Of a DNA stretch of 64,000 bases, positions 27,526 to 40,171 are shown in pieces. Both the position numbers and the translations under genes were made by a program. The notes beneath the pieces are model-generated. The model had not been told where the DNA came from, made no database searches, and saw nothing but the letters and a program-made list of their open reading frames with translations. This DNA is from Octopus vulgaris (Eukaryota), in the NCBI GenBank assembly GCA_951406725.2, contig OX597817.1, positions 36,952,001 to 37,016,000 on the forward strand. The letters are read 5' to 3'. Every line of letters starts with the position of its first letter. The stretch's first letter is position 1.

Positions 27526-28698
27526 AGCACCAGCATTATCAGAATTGTTGACACTGTCATTCCTTCACCTGAAGAACGTTAACCTTCCCTGCTGCTGTCT
27601 CTTCTCTTCTACTTTCATTGCTGTTAACACTAGAGATATATATACTTCATATTAAGAATAATATTGATAATTAATATCGTCTCATTACTTTTTTATGTGG
27701 AGCGAGGGTGGTTATAATGGATTAGGATGATCACAGTATTTTATTTTGCTGAAGATAAGAAAGATTAACCCCACTACTTGTTTTTTATTTTATCGATCTC
27801 GAAAGAATGAAAAGCAAAATTGATGCTGCAGACTTTGAGTGCAAAGCATGCAAGGATGTGTGTATAAATACAAGACATTTTACCCGGTTTTCTACCTTCT
27901 GCCCAGTCGATTTTTGTCTGTCCACAGCACTAATAGATTATTATTATTTTATAAAAATAATGATCATGATGATAATTATGGTGATAATGATCATGAGGAT
28001 AATGATGATATTGATATTGGATCTTACATTCCTTCAGAGGACAATATGTTGCTTATTTTGTTTTGTTTCGACAATAAGGTCCAAACTTTGTTCACCATGT
28101 ATTTAATAAATGACCGAATTCATCTTATTCTTAGCAATTTTTGTTTTACTTTGCTTTTTAAAATTTTTTTGTTTTGTTTTTCCTTGCTTTGGGTCTGTTG
28201 CTATATAGCAGTTTAGATGCGTGTCTCATAGAATAACACAGCATAATGGTATTGGCCCGCGGATACGAACATAAAAGACACCGTCAGAATTCCATATTTA
28301 CTTCCAATATAAAGTTTTAATGACTCTCGAAGGACTTTACCATTAGAAATGATTGATTGTTTGAGCTGTATTATTTTATAAGCCTCGTACTTGCCGTGGC
28401 CGAAGAAAATTATCGAGAAAAGCATTCCAGCTATGATATGCCAATGTGCTTCATTTTTTTTTTTTTTTTGCATTTATAGTGTAGCTGTGTGTTCATCATT
28501 TTCAGAAACATTTTGTTTCTAAAACAGGAGAGATTGGGGTGATGGAAGAGTTTATGCTGTTTCTAGCAGGCCAAAGCATCATGTTCCTGGTTTCCTTTGA
28601 CTCGTTCATCCCACTAATATGTTATGTAAGCTTTGAAGGAAAACTTTTACTTGGCATACGACAGTAAAAGGCTGAGAGATTGAGGCACAAATGATCCT

Positions 28699-28741
<43 letters not shown>

Positions 28742-28743
28742 TC

Positions 28744-28784
<41 letters not shown>

Positions 28785-29094
28785 GTGTATGTTTGTTTGT
28801 GTAAATATTTATTCATTAACAACGCTACTGACAAATGCATGACGTGTAAATTAGACAAGTCATTAGACAATTGAGTTCCATCTTGAAATAGATATGAACA
28901 ACGATTTGCTAAAAGTCATCTTCTTCACTCTTCGCAGTTAATTCACAGCAAATACATATCACCCGATGAAACGTCAACATACGGCAAAAAATGTTATGGC
29001 AGTCTTATTTTTTTATTCGTGTAGCGAATAACAGAAGCTATCCTCATATGTTTAGATTTAAATGCTTAAGAACAAACAGAAACACACCATGTGG

Positions 29095-29134
<40 letters not shown>

Positions 29135-29147
29135 CCAGATAATCTGC

Positions 29148-29184
<37 letters not shown>

Positions 29185-29218
29185 TAATCTGCGTGTGTAT
29201 GTATATATATATATATAT

Positions 29219-29262
<44 letters not shown>

Positions 29263-29265
<3 letters not shown>

Positions 29266-29426
29266 TACACATTCTTTATTTTCTCTCCGTGTTTCCTTCT
29301 CTGTTCCTTTCCGTGGAAGAGCGTAGGCTCGAAACGTTAAAGACTTTTTCACTTCCCGAGCGTTATACTAATACATCTGTTTGTTGTCTACACCACCTGT
29401 CTTCGTCTTGTGTTTTTTTTAATTCT

Positions 29427-29429
<3 letters not shown>
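29263..29429 (+). mobile_element. short Penelope-LTR-like element with a degenerate minimal hammerhead, inside (TA)n
   Basis: CTTT-CCGTGGA-A-GAGC(GTAG)GCTC-GAAA-CG-TT-AAAG at 29307-29342; (TA)n on both sides. Confidence 0.6.
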
Positions 29430-29473
<44 letters not shown>

Positions 29474-30013
29474 AAAAGGGTGTAAAACCTAATCCAAGCT
29501 GAGTTGTGATTGAAATTCAGAAGTCAGAGTTAGCAAACTAAACATCCTAAAATAGTTCGTACACTATCAAATAGGACTACAAAGTCTTAATGTCAGATAT
29601 TAACAATATTGTGCAGCTATTGTAGTATATCAGTGTGGTTTTGGCAGATTAACTGAGTGGCAGGGATACAATATCAAAGGTCAATCATAATTGGATACGA
29701 CCAACGTGAATTTGATCTTTCGGCGTATTTAAATATTATTTGCAAATATTTATACATAATCTCTCAAGTAACAAGTCGGATGGTGGTTACGTATGAATGT
29801 CTTCCATTTTATTGACTCATTGTTAAGTAGATCCTTTCAAAACCTTAGCTCTGTCTTTCGTTACCTTACATTATTACCGTCAACACTATTAGACACACCT
29901 AAATAATACTAGCATTAAAAACCAGGATTAAATTTCATGTACAGCTGTGTACACACCCATAGCACTCGCACTCACAGCACTCACAGCACACACACACGCA
30001 CACACACACACAA

Positions 30014-30044
<31 letters not shown>

Positions 30045-30123
30045 AACACACACACACAGACGGACAAACACGCACGCGCACAAACACCCGCGCATGTATA
30101 CATTTAATAACAGCTTGGTTCAG

Positions 30124-30183
30124 CTTCATATGACTAAAAGTTTCGCGGACGCGTAGAACGAATTCATCTCGTCAGATACGAGG
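30124..30183 (-). ncRNA. type I hammerhead ribozyme motif, intact catalytic core
   Basis: Minus strand: UCGUAU-CUGACGA-G(22 nt)C-GAA-ACU(UUU)AGU-C-AUAUGA; helix I 6 bp, helix III 3 bp, GUC site; helix II irregular. Confidence 0.65.
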
Positions 30184-30375
30184 ATATACATGTGTGTGTG
30201 TGTGTGTGTATGTTTAAGAAAAAGAGATGGCACAGGAATAACTGTAGGTATGTTATGAACTTCATTAGCTTACAGTTGCTACTGCTATCTGACGCAGCGG
30301 ACTCTCAGTTGAGCTGTGTCATCTATTTGTCTTATTACCGCTCTATACTCATCAAACACTTTCTTTTGCAACATA

Positions 30376-30497
30376 CGTATAGTGATTTCCACAATGCGTA
30401 AGCGAAATATTAAAGCTCACACGCACACGTATAGTGATTTCCACAATGCGTAAGCGAAATAGTAAAGTCTCACAATGCGTAAGCGAAATATTAAAGC
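30376..30497. repeat. local tandem duplication (about 2.5 copies)
   Basis: CACAATGCGTAAGCGAAATA occurs three times and ACGTATAGTGATTTC twice. Confidence 0.85.
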
Positions 30498-30582
30498 ACA
30501 CACGCACACACAAACACACACACTTACACATACACACACACATATTTGGTGATGAAAAGATAGTTCAAAATATGAATATATT

Positions 30583-30931
30583 TACTTTTGCTTTTAATTG
30601 TTTCAGTCATTAGACTGCGGCCAACTTTAGTCGAAGAAATCGACCCCAGGATTTATTCGTTGTAAGCCTAGTACTTATTCAATCGGTCTGCTTTGCGGGA
30701 AGGTAAACACACCAACGTCGGTTGTCAACCGATGGTGGAGGACAAAGATCCAAATATATACACGACGGGCTTCTTTCAATCACCGTATACCAAATCCACT
30801 CAGAAGGCTTTGGCCGACCTGAGGCTATAATACTATAGTAGAAGACACTTGCCCAAGGTGTCACGCAGTGGAACTGAACTCGGAACCATGTGGATGGGTA
30901 GAAAGCTACTTACCACACAGCCACTCCTGCG
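30583..30931 (-). mobile_element. SINE family A
   Basis: Reverse-complement match with internal deletions. Confidence 0.85.
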
Positions 30932-31464
30932 CATATATATATGTATGTAAGTATATACATATATGTATGTATATATGCATATTCTTTTATTTATATTATA
31001 TGATTGAACGCCACGCATCCATTTATATATAAATATTAATACCCGAATAGAGCGTATATTTTCAGTAACAAATAGATATTGACACGATGAACTGGATTCT
31101 CATACGTGTAAGACTGGATAATTGCGATCTTATTCTTATCTTCAATAAAACAATTAACAAGTATGTTCCCATCAAATAAATTGGTTTTCAACTGTGTTGT
31201 CTAAATACCTATATATCAACGTCTCTGTAGCCGGCCTATATATCTCAATGTTTCCATTTATCTATCTATCTGACTGTCTGTATAGTTATACATCTATAAC
31301 TGCATTTGGTGACGACTGGTGGTGGAAACCATCGTAGTGCAATCTTTTAAACGAACCGAAATATAAAAGAGATTAAACTTTCCACTCGTATTTTCTATAG
31401 GTAGAGAGCACTACAAATGAAAGTAATCAATTTGAATTCAACTTCAGAGAAGTGTATCTGTGCG

Positions 31465-31515
<51 letters not shown>

Positions 31516-31519
<4 letters not shown>

Positions 31520-31724
31520 GTGACCGCGTGTGTACCGTTGGCGATTTTTTCCCTCCGTTTTCCCTTCTCTGGATCTTTCCTTTTCCTATGTTTCTGACGA
31601 AGAGCTTCGCTCGAAACGTAAATTTTTCTTCTTCCCTTCCTTCCTGAGCGTCCAATAATACTATATTTGTTCCGCGTCCTCGCGTTGTTGTGTTTTCTCT
31701 TTGTGTTTTCATGTTTGGATTAAC
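31516..31724 (+). mobile_element. family G: ~205-bp hammerhead-bearing Penelope-LTR-like element in (TA)n
   Basis: CTGACGA-A-GAGC(TTC)GCTC-GAAA-CG-TA at 31594-31620; copies at 33902 and 48694. Confidence 0.8.
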
Positions 31725-32540
31725 TATATATAGATATATAAATACATGTGTAGAGCCTATATTTCAAGTAACAAATAGATATTGACATGTATGTATGTAT
31801 GTATGTATGTATATGAATGAACATATAAGAAGAGAGATTTATGTAAGCGGAAACATATGTTTCTGTGGATGAGTGTGTATATATATATATATATGAATAT
31901 GTCTGGTTTTCTCTGTTTCCTTGATCCTTCTGTAAGCTAAAGAATTGTATATTCAAATCATGAGGTCGACATTTGTCCATGTTTAAAATATAACATTGTA
32001 TCAATGACATTTCGGACGTCGATTTCTCCTTGAGAAAGCGATTCCCAGCATATTTTAAAAGCAAAGAAAATTTCGGGCTTACGCATCATAATTGTGTAGA
32101 GCGCTTCATTTAGCCTGGTAATTGTCATGAATGTATCTCATACGAGTCTCACTAGAAGGCGCGTTTACAGCTGATCAAACTCAAGATGTAATTCTGTTTC
32201 GTTCTCGACAAAAATAAATTGCGAAGGTTAAACAAGAAACGCTGAGATATCATATTTCAAACAGTCGTTCATACGCAACACAAAGCACCCGTAAACACCC
32301 GCAATTACACAAGCACGTATATTCTCATACGTACACAGATAAATAAACACACAAACAAACATCCTTTGTGGCTCAGCATACATATTATGCAAGCATCTGG
32401 GAACAAACCCTGAAAATATATGTGTATGCACTGTAATAGACGTTCTGATATTCATCCGCTTTTGTTTTACACACACGCACAACACACAGAGACACGCGCG
32501 CACACACAAACATTCATATATACATATTTAATATGCCCAC

Positions 32541-32620
32541 GGGCATATGGCGTAGTGGTTAAGAGCGCGGGCTACTAACCCAAAGATTCCGAGTTCGATT
32601 CCAAGCAGAGACCTGAACAC

Positions 32621-32650
<30 letters not shown>
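32541..32650 (+). mobile_element. short tRNA-derived SINE (family E) with (AAT)n tail
   Basis: A box TGGCGTAGTGG, B box GAGTTCGATTCC; poor acceptor stem; directly followed by (TAA)n. Confidence 0.7.
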
Positions 32651-32651
<1 letters not shown>

Positions 32652-32652
32652 G

Positions 32653-33161
32653 TGCTCTGATGCAGTTTATGCCCTGATGCAGTATCAGGCAGTGGCTCTC
32701 ATGGCTTCTGATCTTAACTGATTGGAAGTGTTATCATATTCATTGTTTTGTCTTGGTATAAAAGATGGGCTACAGTAAATATTCTGCTCAATACCACGGA
32801 TTTGCTTGTCAGTTGTTTGACCTTAACCAGGTGAGCATGTCCCTTAGTGGCTGACGATAAGTGCATCTCTGATCACGAGCAGAAGTAGTGGGGGGGCATC
32901 ATAACCACGTGTTGAGAGGGATTCTTTGGGGTTTGAATAATTCACCTCTGGAAACATGGGTGGTTTGTTCAACATCCTTAAACAATCCTTATTCAGGGAC
33001 CTTTTGAGTGGGATGGGTTACTCGACCAGAAGAAAATTCTAACTGGGCCCCACCTGCAAGGTCATGCACTGTTTATCTTGATATGAGATCACCATGTCGC
33101 GCACATATGGTTGTGATGCATGCGCCTGGTGTACTCTTATCACACGGGTAGTTATGATGGG
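32653..33161 (+). mobile_element. family F repeat, inserted at the (AAT)n tail of family E
   Basis: Reverse complement of 5180-5670. Confidence 0.85.
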
Positions 33162-33227
33162 TTGTATCATGTTGACTACGAACCCTTTTGAAGTTAATAT
33201 TCAGTTTAAGTTTTTGTTTTTGTTTGT

Positions 33228-33521
33228 TCCTTCTCGAGCCACGCCTGGCTCATAGGGCCGGTTTCCCGGTTTCCCTTGCGTATAGGTTCCCCACGTGGAC
33301 GGGACGCCGGGCCGTCGCAGGTGAGCTGCAAAATAGTGGAGGAAAGAGTGAGAGAAAGTTGTGGCGAAAGATTCAGCAGACGTTCGCCATTACCTTCTGC
33401 CGGAGCCGCGTGGAGCTTAGATGTTTCGCTCATACACACACACATCGTCCGGTCTGAGATTCAAACCCGCGATCCCTCGACCGCGAGTCCGCTGCTCTAA
33501 CCACTAAGCCATGCGCCTCCA
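33228..33521 (-). mobile_element. SINE family C
   Basis: Reverse complement of the 15571-15846 and 17181 copies. Confidence 0.85.
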
Positions 33522-33901
33522 CTCAGTTTACGTAGTTTAACTTTATACAGCTTGAAACTTTATTTCACCCAAATTTATCGACGTTCATCTGATCTTTAAC
33601 TCAAAATGACAGAAACTATTAAATTATGTGGAAGTTACTCGAACAATTCAGGCCTTATCATCAGGTTTGTGATGACTGCGGTTTTTTGCATTTAGACAAT
33701 ACACGTTTACAGTTAACATTTAACATCTTGTTACCATGAATTACAATTTATGTTCATAGTCTTGAAAATGCCTAGCATATGTCACCCGAACAGCCTTGTG
33801 TATGCAAATAAATATTTTCTATTTTTAAAACCAGCGCTGCATATTCAATGCCATCATTTCGTGTTTGTATAAATATGCATGTGCGCGTGTGGTATGCATA
33901 T

Positions 33902-34108
33902 ATGACCACGTGTGTATAGTTGGCGATTTTTTTCCTACGTCTTCCCTTCCTTGGATCTTTCTTTTTCTTATGATTCTGATGAAGAGCTCCGCTCGAAACG
34001 TTACATCCTCCTTCTTTCTTTCTTTTCCTGAGCGTCCAATAACACTATACTTGTTCCACGTCCTCGCGTTGTTGTGTTTTCTCTTTGTGTTTTCATGTTT
34101 GGATTAAC
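33902..34108 (+). mobile_element. family G hammerhead-bearing element
   Basis: CTGATGA-A-GAGC(TCC)GCTC-GAAA-CG-TT at 33976-34002; colinear with 31516-31724; followed by (TA)n. Confidence 0.8.
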
Positions 34109-34113
34109 TTTAC

Positions 34114-34148
<35 letters not shown>

Positions 34149-34988
34149 GCGTGTGTGTGTCGGTACATATATGCCATATTCTTTGTTTATCTGCTAGCAA
34201 CGCAAAAGAAGGAACACAATGACAATTATACCTGAGTATCAGAATTTCGTTAAAGATCTTCACGTCATATATATTTCACAAAAACTTAGAATGTACACCT
34301 GTGAGAGAGGGTAGCGAGAAGGAGGGTGGATGTGAATAAAGGAGAGTGAGATGGAAATCATATCAATAGGCACGTGAGCGTGAAAAATGCGTAAACAGTT
34401 AAGCAACCAGAAAGCATTGCGTGCTGAGGTATCGCATTTCTTCCTATTTTTATCGCAACCTGTGCTCATCATTGTCATCACCTGCTGTTTATCTTTATCA
34501 ACCATCCACCCCGCTTTGTGGTTTTTGTCATGTTTCGTTTTATATTTCTTCTTTCTTTTTTTTTCCGTGCTTTCTCAGAATATTCCTGTATATATAATTA
34601 TTTGACGCATCCTATTTTAAAGTCCAATTCCTCTTCAAGAGAAATAAGAAACGAAAAGAACTCTGGTTCTTAAAGAGACAATGTTGTTACCAAGACAGTG
34701 TTCTTGGAAAGTTTATGCGCCATTTTCTAACCAATATATTATTGCACCGATACAGGGTGAACAGAAAATATGGTAAATACGTCTAGTTGCACGCAAGCAC
34801 GGGTATTTGTATTAACACGTCTATTGTTAATAGATATAAATGATGTGTCGTATGTTGCGTACGTTAAAACGTTTTAGAAAAGCGTTCAGGTGTTCTCCAT
34901 CCAATGGCTACGAAGGTATACGTATACATGTAGTTGTTTATCTGTCTACCTCAGTATCTCCCTGCATCTCTCTCCCTCCCTCCCTCCC

Positions 34989-35024
<36 letters not shown>

Positions 35025-36394
35025 AACGGCAAGTAAGTCATTTTATCCATTGAATGATTCACAAAACAAATTATATTCACTTTTAAATTATTTCTCAACG
35101 GTAGTAGCAGAATGTTACTTCATAACAAATCCATTGAAATTAGATGTATCACACAACTAAGTTTATAAATATTAATAGACATTTCTACAATTTTCACGAA
35201 AAGGAATTTTGCAATGAGAATTATTGAAAATACATATTTCTATTATTTTCTGTCCTGGAAAAAATAGTATACATTAGCCTGAGATCGAACTCCTATCGGT
35301 AATTATGAACAGACAGCTCGATATTTCAAGGGACATGTTGATTTGATTTTATTGTAATATTGTTGTAATCTTGTAGATGGGGAATCGACAGAAATGTTAG
35401 AACGTTGGGAAAAATGCCAGCTTCATTTGTTCTGGCTGCTTTTGTGCTGAGTTCGAATTTCGCCGATGTCATCTTTCCACTCTTTTTTTCGACGTTAATA
35501 AAATGAAGTACCAATAAAGGACCGAAACTGGCGTAATTCTTTAATCCACTTCTTATTGGAGTTGCTAGTTTTGTACTTGAATTTGAAATATTGTGGTAGT
35601 TTCATCCGAAGGAAGCACTGGCTATGAAAACCTATAATCAATGCGTTTCATCTATTAATACATTGCTCAGTGTGGACTTCTACCTTTAATACAATACAAT
35701 GTGATTTCAAGAAAGCTTGGCTGCTATTTCTAGTAGATCGAACCATTTAGAAACAGCCCTTTCCCGGATTATGCATTTTGCTGGTGATCTTTTAATTTCT
35801 GGAAAGAGGCTAAATGAATCAATAATTAACATAAATTAAAGGCTCTTAATATATTTTGTAATTTTGTATTTTAATTACTCTTCATTTCAATCAATACATC
35901 TAGCGGAATTATTCAGTCAAGAGCTATTCTAAAGACTTGCAATTATAATTACAAGCCATTATTGCAGATCAGAGAATTCCAATATTTTTACCGTTTGAAT
36001 TAAGCTTAAATATAAATGAAAATGTATCGCACCTAAAGTGTATTGCCGAAAATATTGTTAGACACAATATTTGATATTAAATGAACGAAGGAAGAGATTT
36101 AATTGATTCTACAGTTTCAGAAGAATAAGTAAATCTTTAATTAAATTACTTTTATGTATATTGTAATAAATATAATTCTTCAGCTGTGAATGTTCTTTAT
36201 AAGATATATAAATTATGAGGCCTAAACACTATACAGATACAAGCATGGCTCTGTGGTTAAAAACTTCACCCTGCAATCATGTAGTCTCCGGTTCGGTCCC
36301 ACAGAGAAACACTTTGGACGAGTATCTCCTGCTGTAGCTTTGGACCGCCCAATACCTCGTGAGCGGGAAATATATATCTAGTATAATACATATA

Positions 36395-36782
36395 CACTTG
36401 CGTCAGAAATTAATTAGCACTTCTCATTAAATAGGTTAAATACATTAAATAGGTTAAATCAATTAACCTATGAGCTGTTCAAAACGTCTTACGCGATGAG
36501 AAAACTTAGTATGGTGTGATTTCGGTCCTTGCGAGGCGCTACCTATATCTATTAAACAAAGGAAGATTTGTCTGCATCCGCACTCCAAGTTGTTGTTGCA
36601 CTGCTATGTCAACATCATAAGGCTGTAGACTCTCAAACTGCTCTGCAAACAAAGTTACGTCATCGTTCTGCGCAACAGTGAACTCGCAACAAAGCAATAG
36701 TTCGAGATATGGCCACTAGGTGACAGCACATACCTTGAGTGAAGAGCAAATCAAGGGTGCTAATTAATTTCTGACGGTAGTG
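36395..36782. mobile_element. Tc1/mariner-type MITE
   Basis: 26-bp TIRs CACTTGCGTCAGAAATTAATTAGCAC / GTGCTAATTAATTTCTGACGGTAGTG (2 mismatches); TA on both flanks; no ORF. Confidence 0.8.
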
Positions 36783-37210
36783 TATATATATATATATATA
36801 TATTGGGCGGATTTCGGAAATTTTCAATCTTGAAACCTTAATTTAATGAAGACTGAGAGTACTCATATCTTCTAAGAATCTGTGGATAAATTTTGTGGTG
36901 CAGTATTGTTCAAAACGTGCACAGCACACTCCGAATGGCCAATAATACAAAAGCAAGTGAGTATCTCCTAACATGTGAGGCGGAAGTTCGTTTACTTTAA
37001 GCTAATAATCCTCCTCTTCACTCCGACTAAACAAATACACACGTGCGCGTGTGTTCATATTGTGTATGCACATGTTTGCGAGGTGGGTGTGAGATAGAGG
37101 AAGTATCTGCTTGTGTTTGTAATTATTTTAAATTTATTTTTCGGACTGATTTGGTGATGTCAGCTGAACGGTTGCTCACATGATTTCAAAAAAGACCCTA
37201 TCAAATATAT

Positions 37211-37660
37211 TCTTTTCTACTCTTGGCACAAGGCCCCAAATTTTTTTTTTTTTGGGGGGGGGGGCAGTCGATTAGATCGACCCCAGTACGTAACTGGTAC
37301 TTAATTTATCAACAGATACAAGCATGGCTGTGTGGTTAAAATCTCTACTCCGCAACCATGTAGGTTCCGCTTTGGTCCCACAGCGCAGCACTTTTCACAA
37401 AATTACATGCATAAATAAATGCTCGCATTTAAGGCAGCGAGCCAGCAGAAACGTTAGCACGCCGGTCGAAATGCGTAGCCGTATTTCATCTGCCGTTACG
37501 TTCTGAGTTCAAATTCCGCCGAGGTCGACTTTACCTTTCATCCTTTCGGGGTCGATAAATTAAGTACCAGTTACGCACTGGGTCGATGTAATCTACTTAA
37601 TTCCTTTGTTCTTGTTTGTCCCCTCTGTATTTAGTACCTTGTGGGCAATAAAGACATAAG
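37211..37660. mobile_element. SINE cluster: family B(-) 37211-37311, old family A head 37317-37395, family B(+) 37432-37660
   Basis: Each segment matches other copies in the window. Confidence 0.8.
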
Positions 37661-38204
37661 AAACGCTCGCATATATAGATATACATCACGTGTTCACATA
37701 CTCGTACATGTAGTCATATATGCGTATCTTTGTGTGTGTGAAATCAATTCATTTTTTTTTACTTCCTTTTAATATTGGTAAATAGAAAAATAATTGTATT
37801 GAAGTATTCAGTAATTCGATATTTGATGTCAGTGGAAGAACTGTTGATGTTTTTATTTTTTAACATTTTAATCATGTACTGTTGGATAAATTACAATACG
37901 TTGTATTAATGCACTCTATAACTCAAACGCCTACTGTTTGCAAATATGCCTCCTATGTGCGCTTCAATATTCTCTAATATACCACTGGAATATTCAATAA
38001 TTCTTACTATGACTTTACTATTTTATTTCACAATCAACAGTAAACACCGGAAATTTGAATGTCAAATTGTTTCGAACGATGCCTCAGATTTTGGCAAGTA
38101 ACCCTTAATAAGTACAAGAGATTTGTAACGAATACTAAGTGTATGTACTCAATTTCAACAGATAATATAAACCTTATAGAATTATATACATATCTTTTTT
38201 TTGT

Positions 38205-38357
38205 TTTTTACTTTAGTCATTTAACTGCGGGCATGCTGAAGCAACGCCTTAGTACTTATTCTATCGGACTCTTGGGTTGAAACGCTAAGTTACGGGGACG
38301 TAAACACATCAACATCGGTTGTTATGCGATGGTGGGGGACAAACACAGACACACAAC
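38205..38357 (-). mobile_element. SINE family A, 3' half, ending at its internal microsatellite
   Basis: Reverse-complement match; abuts the Penelope fragment. Confidence 0.8.
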
Positions 38358-38360
38358 TAT

Positions 38361-38672
38361 ATATATATATTAACTTGCTCTGGGTGTCGAGGGCAATACA
38401 TAGGCCGAACCAAAAACAGTATACGTCAAAGGATGGCTCTACGTAGATCCCAGATCAAAATTCTGGAATACAGGAAAATTGCATTCAGCGAACACATCGA
38501 TATTTGCGCCCTTAACAAACAATTCACTTTCAGAATTTTTCCCCTCTATAAATTGAGGAACGATGCAGCCTGAAGTCAGCGCATTAGTAAAGAGTCATAT
38601 TTTATCACAAAATATAAACCCCTTTTGAATGCGTCTACTACAAATGACATTATCACAATGGCCTTAGAATAA
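38361..38672 (+). pseudogene. GIY-YIG endonuclease domain of a 5'-truncated Penelope-like retroelement
   Basis: One frame reads IYILTCSGCRGQYIGRTKNSIRQRM...FSEHIDIC...IFPLYKL...*SQRISKESYFITKYKPLLN: IY-CxxC-YIG, conserved R, catalytic E and terminal P.LN; one internal TGA at 38571-38573. Confidence 0.85.
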
Positions 38673-39197
38673 TACCCGCGCAAATATTAAAAACGATATA
38701 TTCAGATTAGTCACTACCACTGAATTTATTCAGAACAATTCTAATCACTACTATTACAACCACAACGGGTCATTTTAGGTCACTTGACAATCTAAGAGGA
38801 TTCCACCAACACCCTACTACTGTCAAACCACTCACGCGGTTTTATTATTCTTTCTCTTCTTTACCCACTTCTTCTTCGCTGCCTCCTTTCTCAGCTACTA
38901 CTACTGCTTAAATAATCAAAACCAACACCTCATATCAAATATTAGAACTACCACTACCTGATAAGACCTCACATGAGTAAAATAAGAGAGCGACAGAGAC
39001 AAACAGACAATCAGACAAAAGGAAAATATCTCTTGCATTTGACAACTATGGTAATATTATTTTTATATATTTCATTTAACTTTTCCACAATTTCAATTTT
39101 TTCATGCTTTACTCTAAGTTGAAACAGTCGCAAATACTGGAACTGGTACTAAAATGTTCTTCATGATAAAATTATTTTAGCATTTTCTACCTTGACT

Positions 39198-39202
<5 letters not shown>
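38673..39202 (+). mobile_element. probable 3' UTR/pLTR of the Penelope-like element
   Basis: Unique sequence between the endonuclease stop and the next (TA)n; GAAACAGTC at 39121-39129 resembles a hammerhead 3' half; boundary inferred. Confidence 0.45.
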
Positions 39203-39255
<53 letters not shown>

Positions 39256-39431
39256 GGAAGAAACTGCTCTTTGAAAAAGTTTTCTTTATTATATTTGTTC
39301 AGCACTAAGCAATACAGATACCCCCATATCATTGTTGTCATAAGAAAGAGAATGAACCAGAGAAGGTCACCTTGGAACCTATTATTGGCGATCAATTATC
39401 ACTGAAAAATATTCCTGTAAAATTAAAGATT

Positions 39432-39474
<43 letters not shown>

Positions 39475-40171
39475 TAAAACATCTGCTGTTTGTATGATGA
39501 TGGAAAGTAAATTTCATTTTTACAAGCTCATTAGTGACGATAAAACTAAAAAAAAACATCAAACAGTTGTGTATTTAATAATAAAACCTCTTACGACTTC
39601 ATCAAAACTTCACATATGCTTTTCAAAATTTATACTTTATTTTTATCTCTTCTAATATATCAACGGTTCATATTTTCCTTATCTCTATTAAAATTTTGAA
39701 ATGTAAATAAAAAAGATAAGTGTAATGTAACTTAATAGATTACAAACATTTATAATTTTATGACATAGAGTTATTAGAGTCTTGGGGAAAAACACGATAA
39801 AAAGACTTAACCGCTGGAATCGTTCTGAGTTATTACCGAAAAACTTATTACATTCTTAAGTGTTAGATTCCACGGTTAAGAGTTTTTCAGATAAACAAGA
39901 TGCAAAAATGTTCTGCACGCTGATCGTAGAATAATGAGATAGAAAGGGTAAAGAGAAATTAGCGACTACAAAAGTACAAATGTTATGCTATAATGTTGCT
40001 GTGAAAAAAGAAAAAAATCGGTTGGCTGTCTGCCATAATTTGTGGTTCGACTCCATTTCGCAGCATCATGCGAAATTTTATCCTGCCGTAACCCTTAAAT
40101 GACCACTATCTTAAAAATATAATATAAAGATTCTCTATGGAAGCCCATCGAATTATATATATATATATATA

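Noticed and set aside
30376-30497. CRISPR-like repeat-spacer pattern
   Set aside because: Only about 3 irregular copies, eukaryotic context, no cas genes; a local duplication
32541-32615. Functional tRNA genes (also 17181, 22146, 51458)
   Set aside because: A/B boxes are present but cloverleafs are imperfect and continue into SINE bodies or tails
32851-32890. CTGACGA in family F (also 5484-5490 on the - strand)
   Set aside because: No convincing helix II followed by GAAA and no helix I
38571-38573. In-frame TGA in the GIY-YIG frame as selenocysteine (as in Naiad elements)
   Set aside because: Not at an evident Cys position, the endonuclease appears C-terminal, and no SECIS was recognised; a nonsense mutation is simpler
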